Origin: Thermoproteota archaeon
GTDB lineage: Archaea; Asgardarchaeota; Njordarchaeia; Njordarchaeales; Panguiarchaeaceae
DNA: 64,000 nucleotides
Assembly (NCBI GenBank): GCA_024720975.1
Contig: JANJXX010000001.1
Span: forward strand, 80,970 to 144,969
Reading direction: 5' to 3'
Shown piece by piece: positions 45,291 through 54,888 of this stretch (position 1 is its first letter; each line of letters opens with the position of its first letter). The position numbers and the translations under genes were made by a program. Under the pieces are notes generated by a model. It was not told where the DNA came from. It worked only from the letters and a program-made list of their open reading frames with translations, and searched no databases.

Positions 45291-46847
45291 TTTGACTTTC
45301 TGCAGTACCCTTTGGAGTAATTTTACAAGGTCTTCCTTACTGTCTATAGGACCGCTCTCTATTACCACTTCTTTCATCGGAATCTTTATTTGTGGTTTCG
45401 ATCCTGACAGAATTATAAATTTAATATTCTCAAACAACCTTAGAACCTCGCTGGTACCTTCTGGTAAACCGCCCTCTGACATTAAAATTACTCCTTGTGC
45501 TTTTTGGAGAAGCTCTTTCTTGCGGCTTGGTGGAAGACTTTTCACTAATGCTTGCACGGTTACCCTTAGATTTATATCGTCTGTGGTTTCAGTGAATTCC
45601 CATCGGAACGGTTCGATCTTGTAGTTTAGCAAGATGCTGGCTGCCTTCTTGAGTGATTCCGCATCACCTAGTAGCGAAACTAGGAGCTTAACATCTCTAG
45701 GTTTAGGTTTGGTGAGCATGGGGGGCAACGGAGGCGGGGGTGCAGTTACTGGAGGTCTCTCCGGCACAGTTTTTGTTGAGGGTATTATCGGTGGAACTTC
45801 CCGCGGAGGAATTTCTCTCGCTTTTGCCTCCTCAGGTCCTGTTTTTGTGGGTAATTGCAGCGGGGTAAGATCTCTCCGTTCACCTTCGGCGATGCTTATT
45901 GGGATTTCAACTTGTGGATGCACTTCTGGAGGTGCTGAAATTTCGAAACCAATTAATTTTGCAGCCTCTTCAAGTGCCCTTACAACCTCTAATTTTAATT
46001 CGCTTGTCCGAGTTTCGGGTTTTGTTTCAGGCTGTTGGGTGCTTGTTCTCAATGATTCAATGCTGTCTTTAATATTTTGGATCTCTAGACTGATCTCATC
46101 TACTTTCTTCTTTAGAAGGTTTATGGAAGCTTCAACAGGTTCAAGCGCGCCAGAGAGTTCTTTTACCATTTTTGTGAGCTCATCAATTTTATTTCCGAGA
46201 GTTGAGTCCACTATATCAATTAGTGCAGCCTTGAGATCTTCTAATTTCATGGGAGGACTAGGTGCATAATCTCCTGATATAGAAACAGTTTGTGTCGGGG
46301 CTGGATACTGCACTTTTTGCTCCGGTTGCTGCGCTGGATATTGTGGTGCTGATGGAGGCGTTGGTGTTGAGATCTCTTCAATACGCGGAGCAATTTGTTC
46401 TTGAGTTTTTGGAATTGGCATGGCTCCCGCTCTCATTTGTTGAATATACTCAACATCCCTGATGAGAGCATTTAATATGTCCGGTTTTGGTAACTCATTT
46501 GCTATTTTTCTGAGGCCTTCAAGAACTCTTTCTGTTGGTGCATCATATGCAAGCGCTTTTATATCCTCTCGAACCCTAAATTTAGAAATCGCCATTCCAA
46601 ATGCTCCTATTGCTGCCGCCCTAAAACTAGGATCACTAGCCTTTTGCATAGCTTGATTGAAGGCTTCTTCAAAACTTCCAGGTAGTTCGACTTTCACTTG
46701 CTTTCTTATTTGAGTAGCTAGGAGTTCATTAGGTTCCGCGAATGCCCACGCTACAATCCACGCGAGAAGCGCATTGCTGGGGTCCACTGCAGGATTAGCA
46801 ATTTGCTGGACGACGTGGAGGGAATACTTCGCTATGTTTTCTGGCAT
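45285..46847 (-). CDS. Multidomain protein: N-terminal helical domain, proline-rich linkers, coiled coil, and a C-terminal degenerate small-GTPase-like domain (inferred)
   Basis: 520 aa. The P/Q-rich segments (TPTPPSAPQYPAQQPEQKVQYPAP; PERPPVTAPPPPLPPMLTKPKP) flank a coiled coil. The last 137 aa follow the beta/alpha order of a Ras-like fold, but with degenerate G motifs (VKLLVSLLGDAESLKK, AQGVILMSEG, KFIILSGSKPQ). Confidence 0.6.
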   Translation of the reverse strand: MPENIAKYSLHVVQQIANPAVDPSNALLAWIVAWAFAEPNELLATQIRKQVKVELPGSFEEAFNQAMQKASDPSFRAAAIGAFGMAISKFRVREDIKALAYDAPTERVLEGLRKIANELPKPDILNALIRDVEYIQQMRAGAMPIPKTQEQIAPRIEEISTPTPPSAPQYPAQQPEQKVQYPAPTQTVSISGDYAPSPPMKLEDLKAALIDIVDSTLGNKIDELTKMVKELSGALEPVEASINLLKKKVDEISLEIQNIKDSIESLRTSTQQPETKPETRTSELKLEVVRALEEAAKLIGFEISAPPEVHPQVEIPISIAEGERRDLTPLQLPTKTGPEEAKAREIPPREVPPIIPSTKTVPERPPVTAPPPPLPPMLTKPKPRDVKLLVSLLGDAESLKKAASILLNYKIEPFRWEFTETTDDINLRVTVQALVKSLPPSRKKELLQKAQGVILMSEGGLPEGTSEVLRLFENIKFIILSGSKPQIKIPMKEVVIESGPIDSKEDLVKLLQRVLQKVKL

Positions 46848-47076
46848 TGCTGGGGCACCTCTAGGGTTGGAGTTTTAAGAGAATTTAGATAATCCATGAG
46901 ACGGTATATCTAGCTCTACCTATAAAGTATTAAAGTATAAAAATACAGAATATAAAATAAAGTCGTGGTATTTCTATTCTCCTACCCATTTTTCTTAGGT
47001 TTATAGTAATAAAATCTATCTATAGACGAGCCCAAAAAGAGGAATCCAATATTGCATTTTTACTGGTGCATAAAAT

Positions 47077-47721
47077 TTGAAAGAGAGCTTTATGCTAGTT
47101 TGCCCTTACTGCAAAAATCAGGAGGAAATTCACTTGAGCGATTTTCAACATAGTTTTGGCGGCTTAAGAAGGTTAGCCATAGTACATAAGGATCACGCTT
47201 TAATAGTAGACATCGACTCGTCATTCTCTATCCGTGCTGCATATATTACATCTTTTGCAAATGTCATAGGGCAGCCGTTAGTTTTCAAACACTTTAGGGT
47301 ACTTACGGATGTCATATTCACCAAATATTTCGAGTTTATGACTCTCTGGCCAGATAGTAAATTAATTGACATACGCGCCTGCCCAAGTTGCATTCCACAT
47401 TTATATGATGTTCTTAATATGGCAGTAGACAGTCTACAATATCGCAGCGGAAGTTTTGCAAATGTTTTATCAGCATCTGATAAAATGTCCTTCGTAGTTA
47501 TAAGGAAACCACACTTGGTTTTGCTTGGACTTATAGATTCGAAATTTGATGAAAGCAAAAAACTTTGGTTTAATGCAATTGCCGATACTTATGCTACCTC
47601 ACCACCAAAAACAGAAGTCTTAGTTAGAATAATCGAATATTTGGCTCCAAAAATCACACACATGCCCACAGAATCTCATATCTATAAGTTACGGACGATA
47701 CTTGCTGGTGGTATGCTATGA
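47077..47721 (+). CDS. Hypothetical protein with split zinc-ribbon cysteines
   Basis: CPYC at the N-terminus and CPSC about 100 aa later. The TTG at 47077 is preceded by GGTGC plus 6-7 nt; the ATG at 47092 is an alternative. Confidence 0.5.
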   Translation: MKESFMLVCPYCKNQEEIHLSDFQHSFGGLRRLAIVHKDHALIVDIDSSFSIRAAYITSFANVIGQPLVFKHFRVLTDVIFTKYFEFMTLWPDSKLIDIRACPSCIPHLYDVLNMAVDSLQYRSGSFANVLSASDKMSFVVIRKPHLVLLGLIDSKFDESKKLWFNAIADTYATSPPKTEVLVRIIEYLAPKITHMPTESHIYKLRTILAGGML

Positions 47722-47988
47722 CCATATTAAACTGCGTGGCTTGCTAAAACATCGCGGTTCCTCCGGTAAAGCTGCCCTTCTCTGCATTTGGAGCATGTGC
47801 GTGAGATTTCATGTAAGCTAAACTGCTACACTAAAACCATTTAATCTGTGCTTATAGCAAGGTGGAATCTCAAACCTTCTAAAAAAACTAATGATCTTAT
47901 GCTAGTTGCTGATTGTCTGTCGCTAGCTAACTGTAACTTATAAATTTTTTCACTCATTAATTCTTTTACAGCTTAGTGGTGCTTATAA

Positions 47989-48654
47989 TTGTACTTCGCA
48001 AAAGCGAAAGTTGACATCGAAAGGCTCATTGAGAAAGATAAGAATTTTCTCCTAGTCTGGATTCCAATGGCTAAGATATTATACTCAACTAGTTCTAAAG
48101 AGCATGAGATGTGCTTCGATGCATACACGCCACCGAAGATAGGGCAGCCTGAGGCATACGTTCTTTTAATGCGTAATCCTAAACACGTGAAAGTGGAATC
48201 TGGAAAACCACCTATAGGATTGATTCTAGAACCAATAGTAAACGGCAAGCATATATTCGAAATACTGAAGGAACTAAAGAAAATAGCATCTAAGTTTGTT
48301 GAAGAAGCGAGTGAAGCTATGCGAAGAATCCCGCGAAGGATCATTCACCAGCTGTTCATACCACTCCAGGCTGCAGAGGCGAGAAAGTTAACAGCATCCG
48401 ATGAATACATTCAGATTTTCTCTCTTCTTGATGCAATAGAATTGGAATATGATTCAATTTTTATTTCTGAGGAAATTTTGTATTGGCCCCTGCTAATACA
48501 CCAAAAGGAGAACGTTGTGTTCGAACCTGCCTTACAAGAAAATCCGAGTAGAAGCTATACATACATCCACAAAAAGTTTAACTTAGTGAAGATTTATGTT
48601 AATGAGGGCATTCAAGGATGTAAATTTGGAGGAAATCGTTCGAATTCGACTTGA
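47989..48654 (+). CDS. Hypothetical protein
   Basis: 221-aa ORF whose TTG start is preceded by GGTG plus 7 nt. No motif recognised. Confidence 0.45.
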   Translation: MYFAKAKVDIERLIEKDKNFLLVWIPMAKILYSTSSKEHEMCFDAYTPPKIGQPEAYVLLMRNPKHVKVESGKPPIGLILEPIVNGKHIFEILKELKKIASKFVEEASEAMRRIPRRIIHQLFIPLQAAEARKLTASDEYIQIFSLLDAIELEYDSIFISEEILYWPLLIHQKENVVFEPALQENPSRSYTYIHKKFNLVKIYVNEGIQGCKFGGNRSNST

Positions 48655-49321
48655 ATTCCTCAAAAAACAAAAAGGGAAGCATAGTAGAGCGTTTATGCTT
48701 ATATCTGCAGGTATACTCATGCAATTACCTACGGACTTTATACCAATGGATGTGCTGGCACCTACCTTTCCAGGTGATTTTGTCCTTGCTACCCTGTTTA
48801 CTTTTGTCATAATATCTAGTGCTCTTATTCTTTTCGGAGCAACATTTCTAGGAATTTTCACACACGGTGCTTTGAGGATTAATTACCTCTCACTCTTGGA
48901 TATGATACGACTACTCGCATTTTTCACTGTGGTGCTTGCTGGATTTTCAACTATTGTTTGGATAGCACTTGGAGTTTCGTGCATAATGAGAGAAATTTCC
49001 GAGGAGGTGATACTTGGACTTCTTTTCTGGGCATATTATACGGATAGAATGATTGGGATTGTTATGTCCTTCTCTTTTCTCTTGCTCATAGTGACTCTGA
49101 TAAAGAATATAAAAATACTCCAAAAAATCCTTAAGATTCGACTGGTGCACGTCATATATATACTCTGCCTACTTAATCTTTTAGCGTTCCTCCTTAACCT
49201 TCTATCGATTTTCGCGAGCTTAGTCTTGGTTTTGCCAACATCGATCTTCATGACCTATAACCCAAAGTTTGTATACATGTACGCATACACGGATCTGAAC
49301 TTATCTAGCCTTGAAAAATAA
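48596..49321 (+). CDS. Integral membrane protein (~6 TM), function unknown
   Basis: Hydrophobic helices run throughout. The true start may be the internal ATG at 48695 (MLISAG), just past the upstream stop. Confidence 0.55.
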   Translation: MLMRAFKDVNLEEIVRIRLEFLKKQKGKHSRAFMLISAGILMQLPTDFIPMDVLAPTFPGDFVLATLFTFVIISSALILFGATFLGIFTHGALRINYLSLLDMIRLLAFFTVVLAGFSTIVWIALGVSCIMREISEEVILGLLFWAYYTDRMIGIVMSFSFLLLIVTLIKNIKILQKILKIRLVHVIYILCLLNLLAFLLNLLSIFASLVLVLPTSIFMTYNPKFVYMYAYTDLNLSSLEK

Positions 49322-49392
49322 TACTTTCAACTATGAGAAGATGACATGCTTTTAAAAAACCCATTAACCGTTTATTCTCTGGTGAAAATTGC

Positions 49393-50967
49393 ATGTCATA
49401 CAAAGAGATAGATCCACTAAGAGTTCCAGTAAAGATAGATGAACTGGTTGAGCAGGCGTACAAAGAACTCAAACCCTTCTTCGAACCAGAGAGTATAGCT
49501 GTTATAGGAGCTTCTCGAGACGAGTGGAGTATAGGGTGGGTGGTTTTCAAAAATCTCGCTGAGAACTACAAGAATAAAAAACTTAAGGCCCGCATCTATG
49601 GAGTTAATGTTAAAGGTGGTGAGCTCTTTGGCTATAAACTTTACAAGTCCATAATGGATATTCCTGATTCTATCGACCATGCTGTAATAGTAGTGCCTGC
49701 CAAGTTTGTTTTAGATGTTGTCGAGGAATGTGGAAAGAAAGGTGTAAAAGCTCTTACAATAATTAGTGCTGGATTTTCGGAGATAGGTAATACTGAGCTT
49801 GAGAATAAGGTCATAGAAACTGCTCGAAAGTATGGTATGCGAATAATAGGTCCTAATTGTCTTGGCGTGTTTGATAACTTTGGTGGAGTTGATACACTAT
49901 TCACACCTGAGTTTAAAAAGTATTATGATCAAATGCTACTAACCTCGCCGCGACCAAAACCTGGGGTGATTATGTTTGGAAGCCAATCTGGGGCATTAGG
50001 ATTGGCGATTCTTGATGCTCTTTATGGCGCCGATATTGGAATAGCAAAGTTCGTGAGTTATGGAAACAAAGCAGATGTTGATGAGACAGATCTACTGCTG
50101 TGGTCCCTTAAAGATCCTTATGTAGATGTGATAATGTTGTATATTGAGGGAATAAAGAAGGCTGGACGCCTATTTGTAGAGGTTGCTAAGGAGGTAAGTA
50201 AGAAGAAACCAATTGTGGTTCTTAAGGGAGGTAGAACCCAGGCAGGAGCTCGCGCTGCAGAGTCCCATACAGGTTCACTTGCTGGTGACTATAAAATGTA
50301 TATTGCTGCTTTTAAGAAGATAGGCGCCGTTGTCGTTGAAACATTAGATGAGTTTATCGATACTGTTAAGGCGTTCTCAACTCAACCTCCAGCTAGGGGT
50401 TATAACTTAGCTATCATCACAGACGGAGGTGGTGCAGGACTCTTGGCTGCTGATGCTGCGGAGAAATATGGACTAATAGTAAACCCGCCTAGTGATGAAT
50501 TACTAGCACGACTTAAAGACGGGGTTAACAGAGGTTATATAGTTCCATTCGCAACATTTGCAAATCCAATTGATATCACCGGTTCTGCGACTGATGAAAG
50601 CTTTGTCTATGCATTAGAAGCTGTTCTAGATGATAAAAATACAGATTCCGTGATGATAATAGGACTTCACCATGTTCCTGGTGTCACAGATCAGCTTCCA
50701 AAGAAGCTCGTAGAGGTCATAGAGGAAAAGGACACAAACAAACCCGTCGCATTCTGCACGGTTGGAGGCGCCGACTATGCTGTCAGGTTTAGAAAATCAT
50801 TTGAAGAAGCTGGTATTCCTACGTATCCAACACCAGAGCGTGCAGCCTTAGTTCTTAAAAACTTGGCTGATTATGGATCTTGGCTGGCAAGTTTGGGATT
50901 GTACGAGAGTTACATTAAGGAATGGAAAGAGCGACAAAAATTACGAAAATCCTCAGAGAGCCACTAG
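49393..50967 (+). CDS. NDP-forming acyl-CoA synthetase alpha-subunit-like protein (CoA-binding plus phosphohistidine domains)
   Basis: FFEPESIAVIGASRDEWSIG (CoA-binding Rossmann), IIGPNCLGV, and the phosphohistidine loop AAESHTGSLAG are present. No canonical ACD beta (ATP-grasp_5-like) subunit follows. Confidence 0.8.
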   Translation: MSYKEIDPLRVPVKIDELVEQAYKELKPFFEPESIAVIGASRDEWSIGWVVFKNLAENYKNKKLKARIYGVNVKGGELFGYKLYKSIMDIPDSIDHAVIVVPAKFVLDVVEECGKKGVKALTIISAGFSEIGNTELENKVIETARKYGMRIIGPNCLGVFDNFGGVDTLFTPEFKKYYDQMLLTSPRPKPGVIMFGSQSGALGLAILDALYGADIGIAKFVSYGNKADVDETDLLLWSLKDPYVDVIMLYIEGIKKAGRLFVEVAKEVSKKKPIVVLKGGRTQAGARAAESHTGSLAGDYKMYIAAFKKIGAVVVETLDEFIDTVKAFSTQPPARGYNLAIITDGGGAGLLAADAAEKYGLIVNPPSDELLARLKDGVNRGYIVPFATFANPIDITGSATDESFVYALEAVLDDKNTDSVMIIGLHHVPGVTDQLPKKLVEVIEEKDTNKPVAFCTVGGADYAVRFRKSFEEAGIPTYPTPERAALVLKNLADYGSWLASLGLYESYIKEWKERQKLRKSSESH

Positions 50968-51039
50968 TTACTCGCCTATTTCTATTAGACGCCTTCTACA
51001 GACTAATAGCATTCTCTTCTAGAGCAGGCGTGATTGAGA

Positions 51040-52230
51040 ATGTGTTATCAATTCGAATTTAGCCCTCAAGACTGGGACGCTATTAAGAACTACCCCTACG
51101 CCGGCCTAGACTTTCTAATTGACGACAATCAGAATATAGTCTTTCTCGAAGCAAACGCCGTACCTGGCGGGATTTCCGTTATGGAGAATGTATGTAAATT
51201 GATCCTAGAAAACGCCCCAGGTTTAAGAAAGTTCATGCCGCATACAGAATTTGTCAAACTCTTCACCGATGCTGCACTTACATACTACAGGATTATCAAG
51301 GGAGGAACTCCAAAGCTTGTTCTTGTGACAACCCCATATAAGGGAGATCCTGTCTTAATGCCTGAACGATTATCAATCGTGGAGGAGTTCAAAAGACGCG
51401 GAGTACAAGCTGTTATATGCCATCGGGAGCGATACACTGTTCAAGATAATAAAATACTTTTACGAGCTGGATCAAGGTTTTTGTGTCCCGATTTAATAAT
51501 CAGGAGAAATACCATCTTCCCAAAGAATGTTTCACAACCGGTAATTAACAAAAGCGAGGTGGGCCTAATAACCGGTAGTAAATACAGGACTTATCGCATT
51601 GTCAGTGACTTTTTAAGCAGACAAAAGGAGGTTGCACTAAAAATTCCGGAAACATACTTTGCAAAGAGCGTAAGGAAAGCTATCACTATTTCCGAAGAAA
51701 TCCTCTCTAGAGGCAAGGAGGTTGTTGTAAAGCCTAATAAAGGGGAAAGAGGCAAAGACATAATTTTTATAAGATCCGCATCAGATGCGGAAACAAAACT
51801 CAAACGAGCCTTTCATTCAAAAAGAATAACACTAGTCGTTCAAGAAAGAATACAGACGCTACCATTCTGCAGAGAGGGTCGGCAGTATGTCTTTGATATT
51901 AGGACCTATGCGTATTTAGGTCAGTTTGTAGGCGCGCATATAAGACGCTCTAGTGTGCCTATAGGAAGCTCAAGCATTGAAGACTATGGCGTGAGCAATA
52001 TATCTCATGGCGGTACTTATGTACCGTTGCTATCCACATCTGATGGTCCGTGTGTTATTAAATGGAGAGAAACCGCTAAGCGTCTATACCTTTTTAAGCA
52101 CATTATCGTTGATAATTATGCTTTCAGTCTACCTCACCATATGTGGAAAATGCTTAAGAGGGCTACAGAGTTCGTTGTTCGCGCAATTGGATATGCTTTA
52201 AATGGGTTCTTAAATTATGCCAAGATCTAA
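51040..52230 (+). CDS. ATP-grasp amidoligase, apparently circularly permuted
   Basis: The normally C-terminal Mg-binding segment GLDFLIDDNQNIVFLEANAVPGG sits at the N-terminus. It is followed by a pre-ATP-grasp-like Rossmann segment, then VVVKPNKGERGKDI, VVQERI, FDIRTYAY, HIRRS...SNISHGG. The protein ends where that N-terminal segment would normally begin. The ATG at 51040 lies 6 nt after GCGTGA. Confidence 0.65.
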   Translation: MCYQFEFSPQDWDAIKNYPYAGLDFLIDDNQNIVFLEANAVPGGISVMENVCKLILENAPGLRKFMPHTEFVKLFTDAALTYYRIIKGGTPKLVLVTTPYKGDPVLMPERLSIVEEFKRRGVQAVICHRERYTVQDNKILLRAGSRFLCPDLIIRRNTIFPKNVSQPVINKSEVGLITGSKYRTYRIVSDFLSRQKEVALKIPETYFAKSVRKAITISEEILSRGKEVVVKPNKGERGKDIIFIRSASDAETKLKRAFHSKRITLVVQERIQTLPFCREGRQYVFDIRTYAYLGQFVGAHIRRSSVPIGSSSIEDYGVSNISHGGTYVPLLSTSDGPCVIKWRETAKRLYLFKHIIVDNYAFSLPHHMWKMLKRATEFVVRAIGYALNGFLNYAKI

Positions 52231-53194
52231 CACAACTCGAGATTTTCCATCGAATTGGAAATTACTTAAACATATCCTGGCACTATACAGAGACGTAAAT
52301 CTGGTACTTCGAGAAATTAATGAAAGTCATTCCATAAACCCAAGTGTAGCCACTATATTGATGAGAATAATCAACCAACTAAGGGCTATAAGCATGCTAC
52401 GAGAGACGGTTTCAATGTATTTTCTAGCGTACTTACATCTCAATATATTCCTGTCGGAGGATTCATTAAGGGACATACAACAATTAAAGAGATTTCTAGT
52501 AACGGTTCAAAATGCCCTCGAAAAAATCATTGCAAGCAATGGCAAACTGATGGTACTGCATAGAAAGGACGCGACTATAAGTTTGAGGCACTCGGCAGTT
52601 AGTCTATTCGTACCAGATGGCTTTGATGCGCTCATACCAAGCTACAAATACATTCCAGGAACTACTCCAGTAATCCTAACTGCACCGCACGCTGCTCCTC
52701 CCCAATCAGACACTTTTACTGGAAGACTGGCTTTATTGGTGGCTAAAAGGACATCATCGCATGCTTTAATTTCGACTATTCCTAGGTTTATCTCTGATCC
52801 AAATAGAATGTTAGGACGCATATGGCCATTCCGAAGGATCTTGGAAAAACTTATTGATGAGAATAAAATCAGATTGATTATTGATCTTCATTCATCAAAC
52901 AATGCAAAAGAAAATTCCGTTGAGATAGGTACATGGTATGGTTTCTCCATTTTAAGAAAACACCTGAATATGCTATTGGATACTCTCGAGGAGAATAACA
53001 TAACATATACAATAAACTCTAGATTCACCGGAGGTGATATAACTTTTTATCATTCGAATATTCCATTCGTCAGTGCCATTCAGCTTGAGATATCTGGAGG
53101 ACAGGACAGAAAAAGTCTACTCAAAATTGCGCACTCATTGGTTGAATTTATCAGAAGGTTTAATGGCGTGAGAAAAAATGGAGGAATCCGCTAG
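52217..53194 (+). CDS. N-formylglutamate amidohydrolase (FGase)-family hydrolase with an extra N-terminal helical domain
   Basis: LTAPHAAPP, PRFISDPNR (cf. SR-x-x-ID-x-NR) and LIIDLHS motifs are present. It overlaps the upstream gene by 14 nt. Confidence 0.65.
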   Translation: MPRSNTTRDFPSNWKLLKHILALYRDVNLVLREINESHSINPSVATILMRIINQLRAISMLRETVSMYFLAYLHLNIFLSEDSLRDIQQLKRFLVTVQNALEKIIASNGKLMVLHRKDATISLRHSAVSLFVPDGFDALIPSYKYIPGTTPVILTAPHAAPPQSDTFTGRLALLVAKRTSSHALISTIPRFISDPNRMLGRIWPFRRILEKLIDENKIRLIIDLHSSNNAKENSVEIGTWYGFSILRKHLNMLLDTLEENNITYTINSRFTGGDITFYHSNIPFVSAIQLEISGGQDRKSLLKIAHSLVEFIRRFNGVRKNGGIR

Positions 53195-54650
53195 GGACTT
53201 TAGGATAAGGGTGGGCATAGAAAATGAGCTAATGACCGTCAATGATAAGGGTTTTATTATTCCCGCAGCAACTCTAATAGTAAACAAGATCATAGATGAT
53301 ATAGTATCTAAAAAGGTCGATGCAAGCGTCTTAAATAAGTACTTGTACGGCATCCAGTGGGAGCCGCATCCAGCGCAACTAGAGATCGTTACGCAGCCAT
53401 TCAACTACCCAAACGTCGAAAAAAATATGCGGTTCATATATGATTACCTAGACAATGCAGCTGGGGAAAAGAATGTTAAGATCTACCTCGGAAGTATGCA
53501 TCCAATACAATCAAGTCCATTTCCGATAAATGGCACACATGTTAGTATATCTATAGTACCAAAACGAAGAAAAGTAATGCCTAGAAAGTTTCTAGCATAT
53601 GTTCATAACAACATAAGGCGCTACCTACCGGAGCTTATAGCGTTAACAGCAAATTCCCCCGTAATGGCAAGTAAATACTCAGGGTTCGCTAGTTCTAGAC
53701 TTTATTATAGCAGGGTCCTTAAACCAAGTCGCTACGCCATAATTAAAAGAAGTAAAACAACAGTGATCCCGCGTGAGAAAAGGGCACTCTTAAAGTATGC
53801 CTTTATCTTCACGCGAGATAAGAGATATGAAAATAAAGTCATCGTAAATCAAATCGGAATGCGTCTGTTAGAGCTTACGCCTCGTGGTCCACATACAAAT
53901 ATTGTCGAAGATCATGATTCAAGTCCGGAGTCAAGTAGGGTTGAAGTGAGATTTATTGATAATCCATCAACACTAGAGTACTTAACAGACATAACCAATA
54001 TTCTAATTGGTGTGTCACTGGAAGCTATTGACATGCTTAGAAAGAACGAGAAGATTCCAAATAGGGCTTTTCTAAGCGAGAATAGACTGCGCGCAATCAG
54101 AGACGGCATTCAAGCTGAGTTTCTAGGAGAGGATGGAGAGCCCATACCTGCCAGAGAATCTGTACTGGGGATGATAAATCGTATAAAACTTTATTTAGAT
54201 TCTTTGGGTATAAAGCTTAAGACCTCCCTTGGGGATGGCATACCGGAAATTGAGAAATTTGGAAAACCAGTAATAGTATCAGAATGCGAAACCATCCAAG
54301 AGTATCTTAACCAAGGTAAAGTCTTCCTCCGGATTCAATTATCTTCCAACCGCACTTTAATAGATTTCTCGGGAAATAGGGAAGCCATAGGTGCGCGGGT
54401 AATATACGGCCTTGTTTTTCCTGAATATAAACTAGAATGGACCACATACTCACGAAATATTATCTCTAGATTCACAAGGATTTATACATCCTACTGGATT
54501 CTAACGAAGCGCGGGTACGTGAAGATACACCCTGATGATAAAGTAATCTCAGCAAAAACGCCTATTGGAGTTCTAACTCAAGTATTTGGCTCTATATACA
54601 ATCTTGCTAAAGAATCTCAGCAAAAAATAACTGAATACATCGGAGATTGA
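53178..54650 (+). CDS. GCS2 / YbdK-type carboxylate-amine ligase
   Basis: The N-terminus IRVGIENELMTVNDKG fits the G-x-E-x-E start of glutamate-cysteine ligase family 2, and the GS-like length fits. It overlaps the upstream gene by 17 nt. Confidence 0.6.
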   Translation: MEESARDFRIRVGIENELMTVNDKGFIIPAATLIVNKIIDDIVSKKVDASVLNKYLYGIQWEPHPAQLEIVTQPFNYPNVEKNMRFIYDYLDNAAGEKNVKIYLGSMHPIQSSPFPINGTHVSISIVPKRRKVMPRKFLAYVHNNIRRYLPELIALTANSPVMASKYSGFASSRLYYSRVLKPSRYAIIKRSKTTVIPREKRALLKYAFIFTRDKRYENKVIVNQIGMRLLELTPRGPHTNIVEDHDSSPESSRVEVRFIDNPSTLEYLTDITNILIGVSLEAIDMLRKNEKIPNRAFLSENRLRAIRDGIQAEFLGEDGEPIPARESVLGMINRIKLYLDSLGIKLKTSLGDGIPEIEKFGKPVIVSECETIQEYLNQGKVFLRIQLSSNRTLIDFSGNREAIGARVIYGLVFPEYKLEWTTYSRNIISRFTRIYTSYWILTKRGYVKIHPDDKVISAKTPIGVLTQVFGSIYNLAKESQQKITEYIGD

Positions 54651-54654
54651 GCTT

Positions 54655-54888
54655 CTATTGCTGGGATTTTTCAAGTTCTGATTGTATCTGGCCAAACTTC
54701 TTAATCAAAATTAAGGCTTTAAGCTTCTGATGACCTTGGGCATGGACGATATATCTATCAAGCTTTCTTATCCAGCGATTTATAACTGCCAGAGCCTCTA
54801 ACTCATTTCCGGATTCTAAGAGAGCATCCACTTCTTTGAGAGCTTTTTCGGCCTCATTCAACAAGTTTTGTGAATCTTGATCACTCAT
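54655..54888 (-). CDS. 77-aa helical protein coupled to the epimerase gene
   Basis: Its start overlaps the epimerase stop by 4 nt (ATGA). It encodes a helical hairpin-like sequence ending ...SELEKSQQ. Confidence 0.5.
   Translation of the reverse strand: MSDQDSQNLLNEAEKALKEVDALLESGNELEALAVINRWIRKLDRYIVHAQGHQKLKALILIKKFGQIQSELEKSQQ

Noticed and set aside
51040-52230. Possibility that the ATP-grasp gene is simply the missing beta subunit of the ADP-forming acetyl-CoA synthetase.
   Set aside because: ACD beta subunits as I remember them are about 230 aa with the motif VMKIVSPxIxHKSDxGGV. This protein is 396 aa with RimK/GshB-like motifs and a permuted order.
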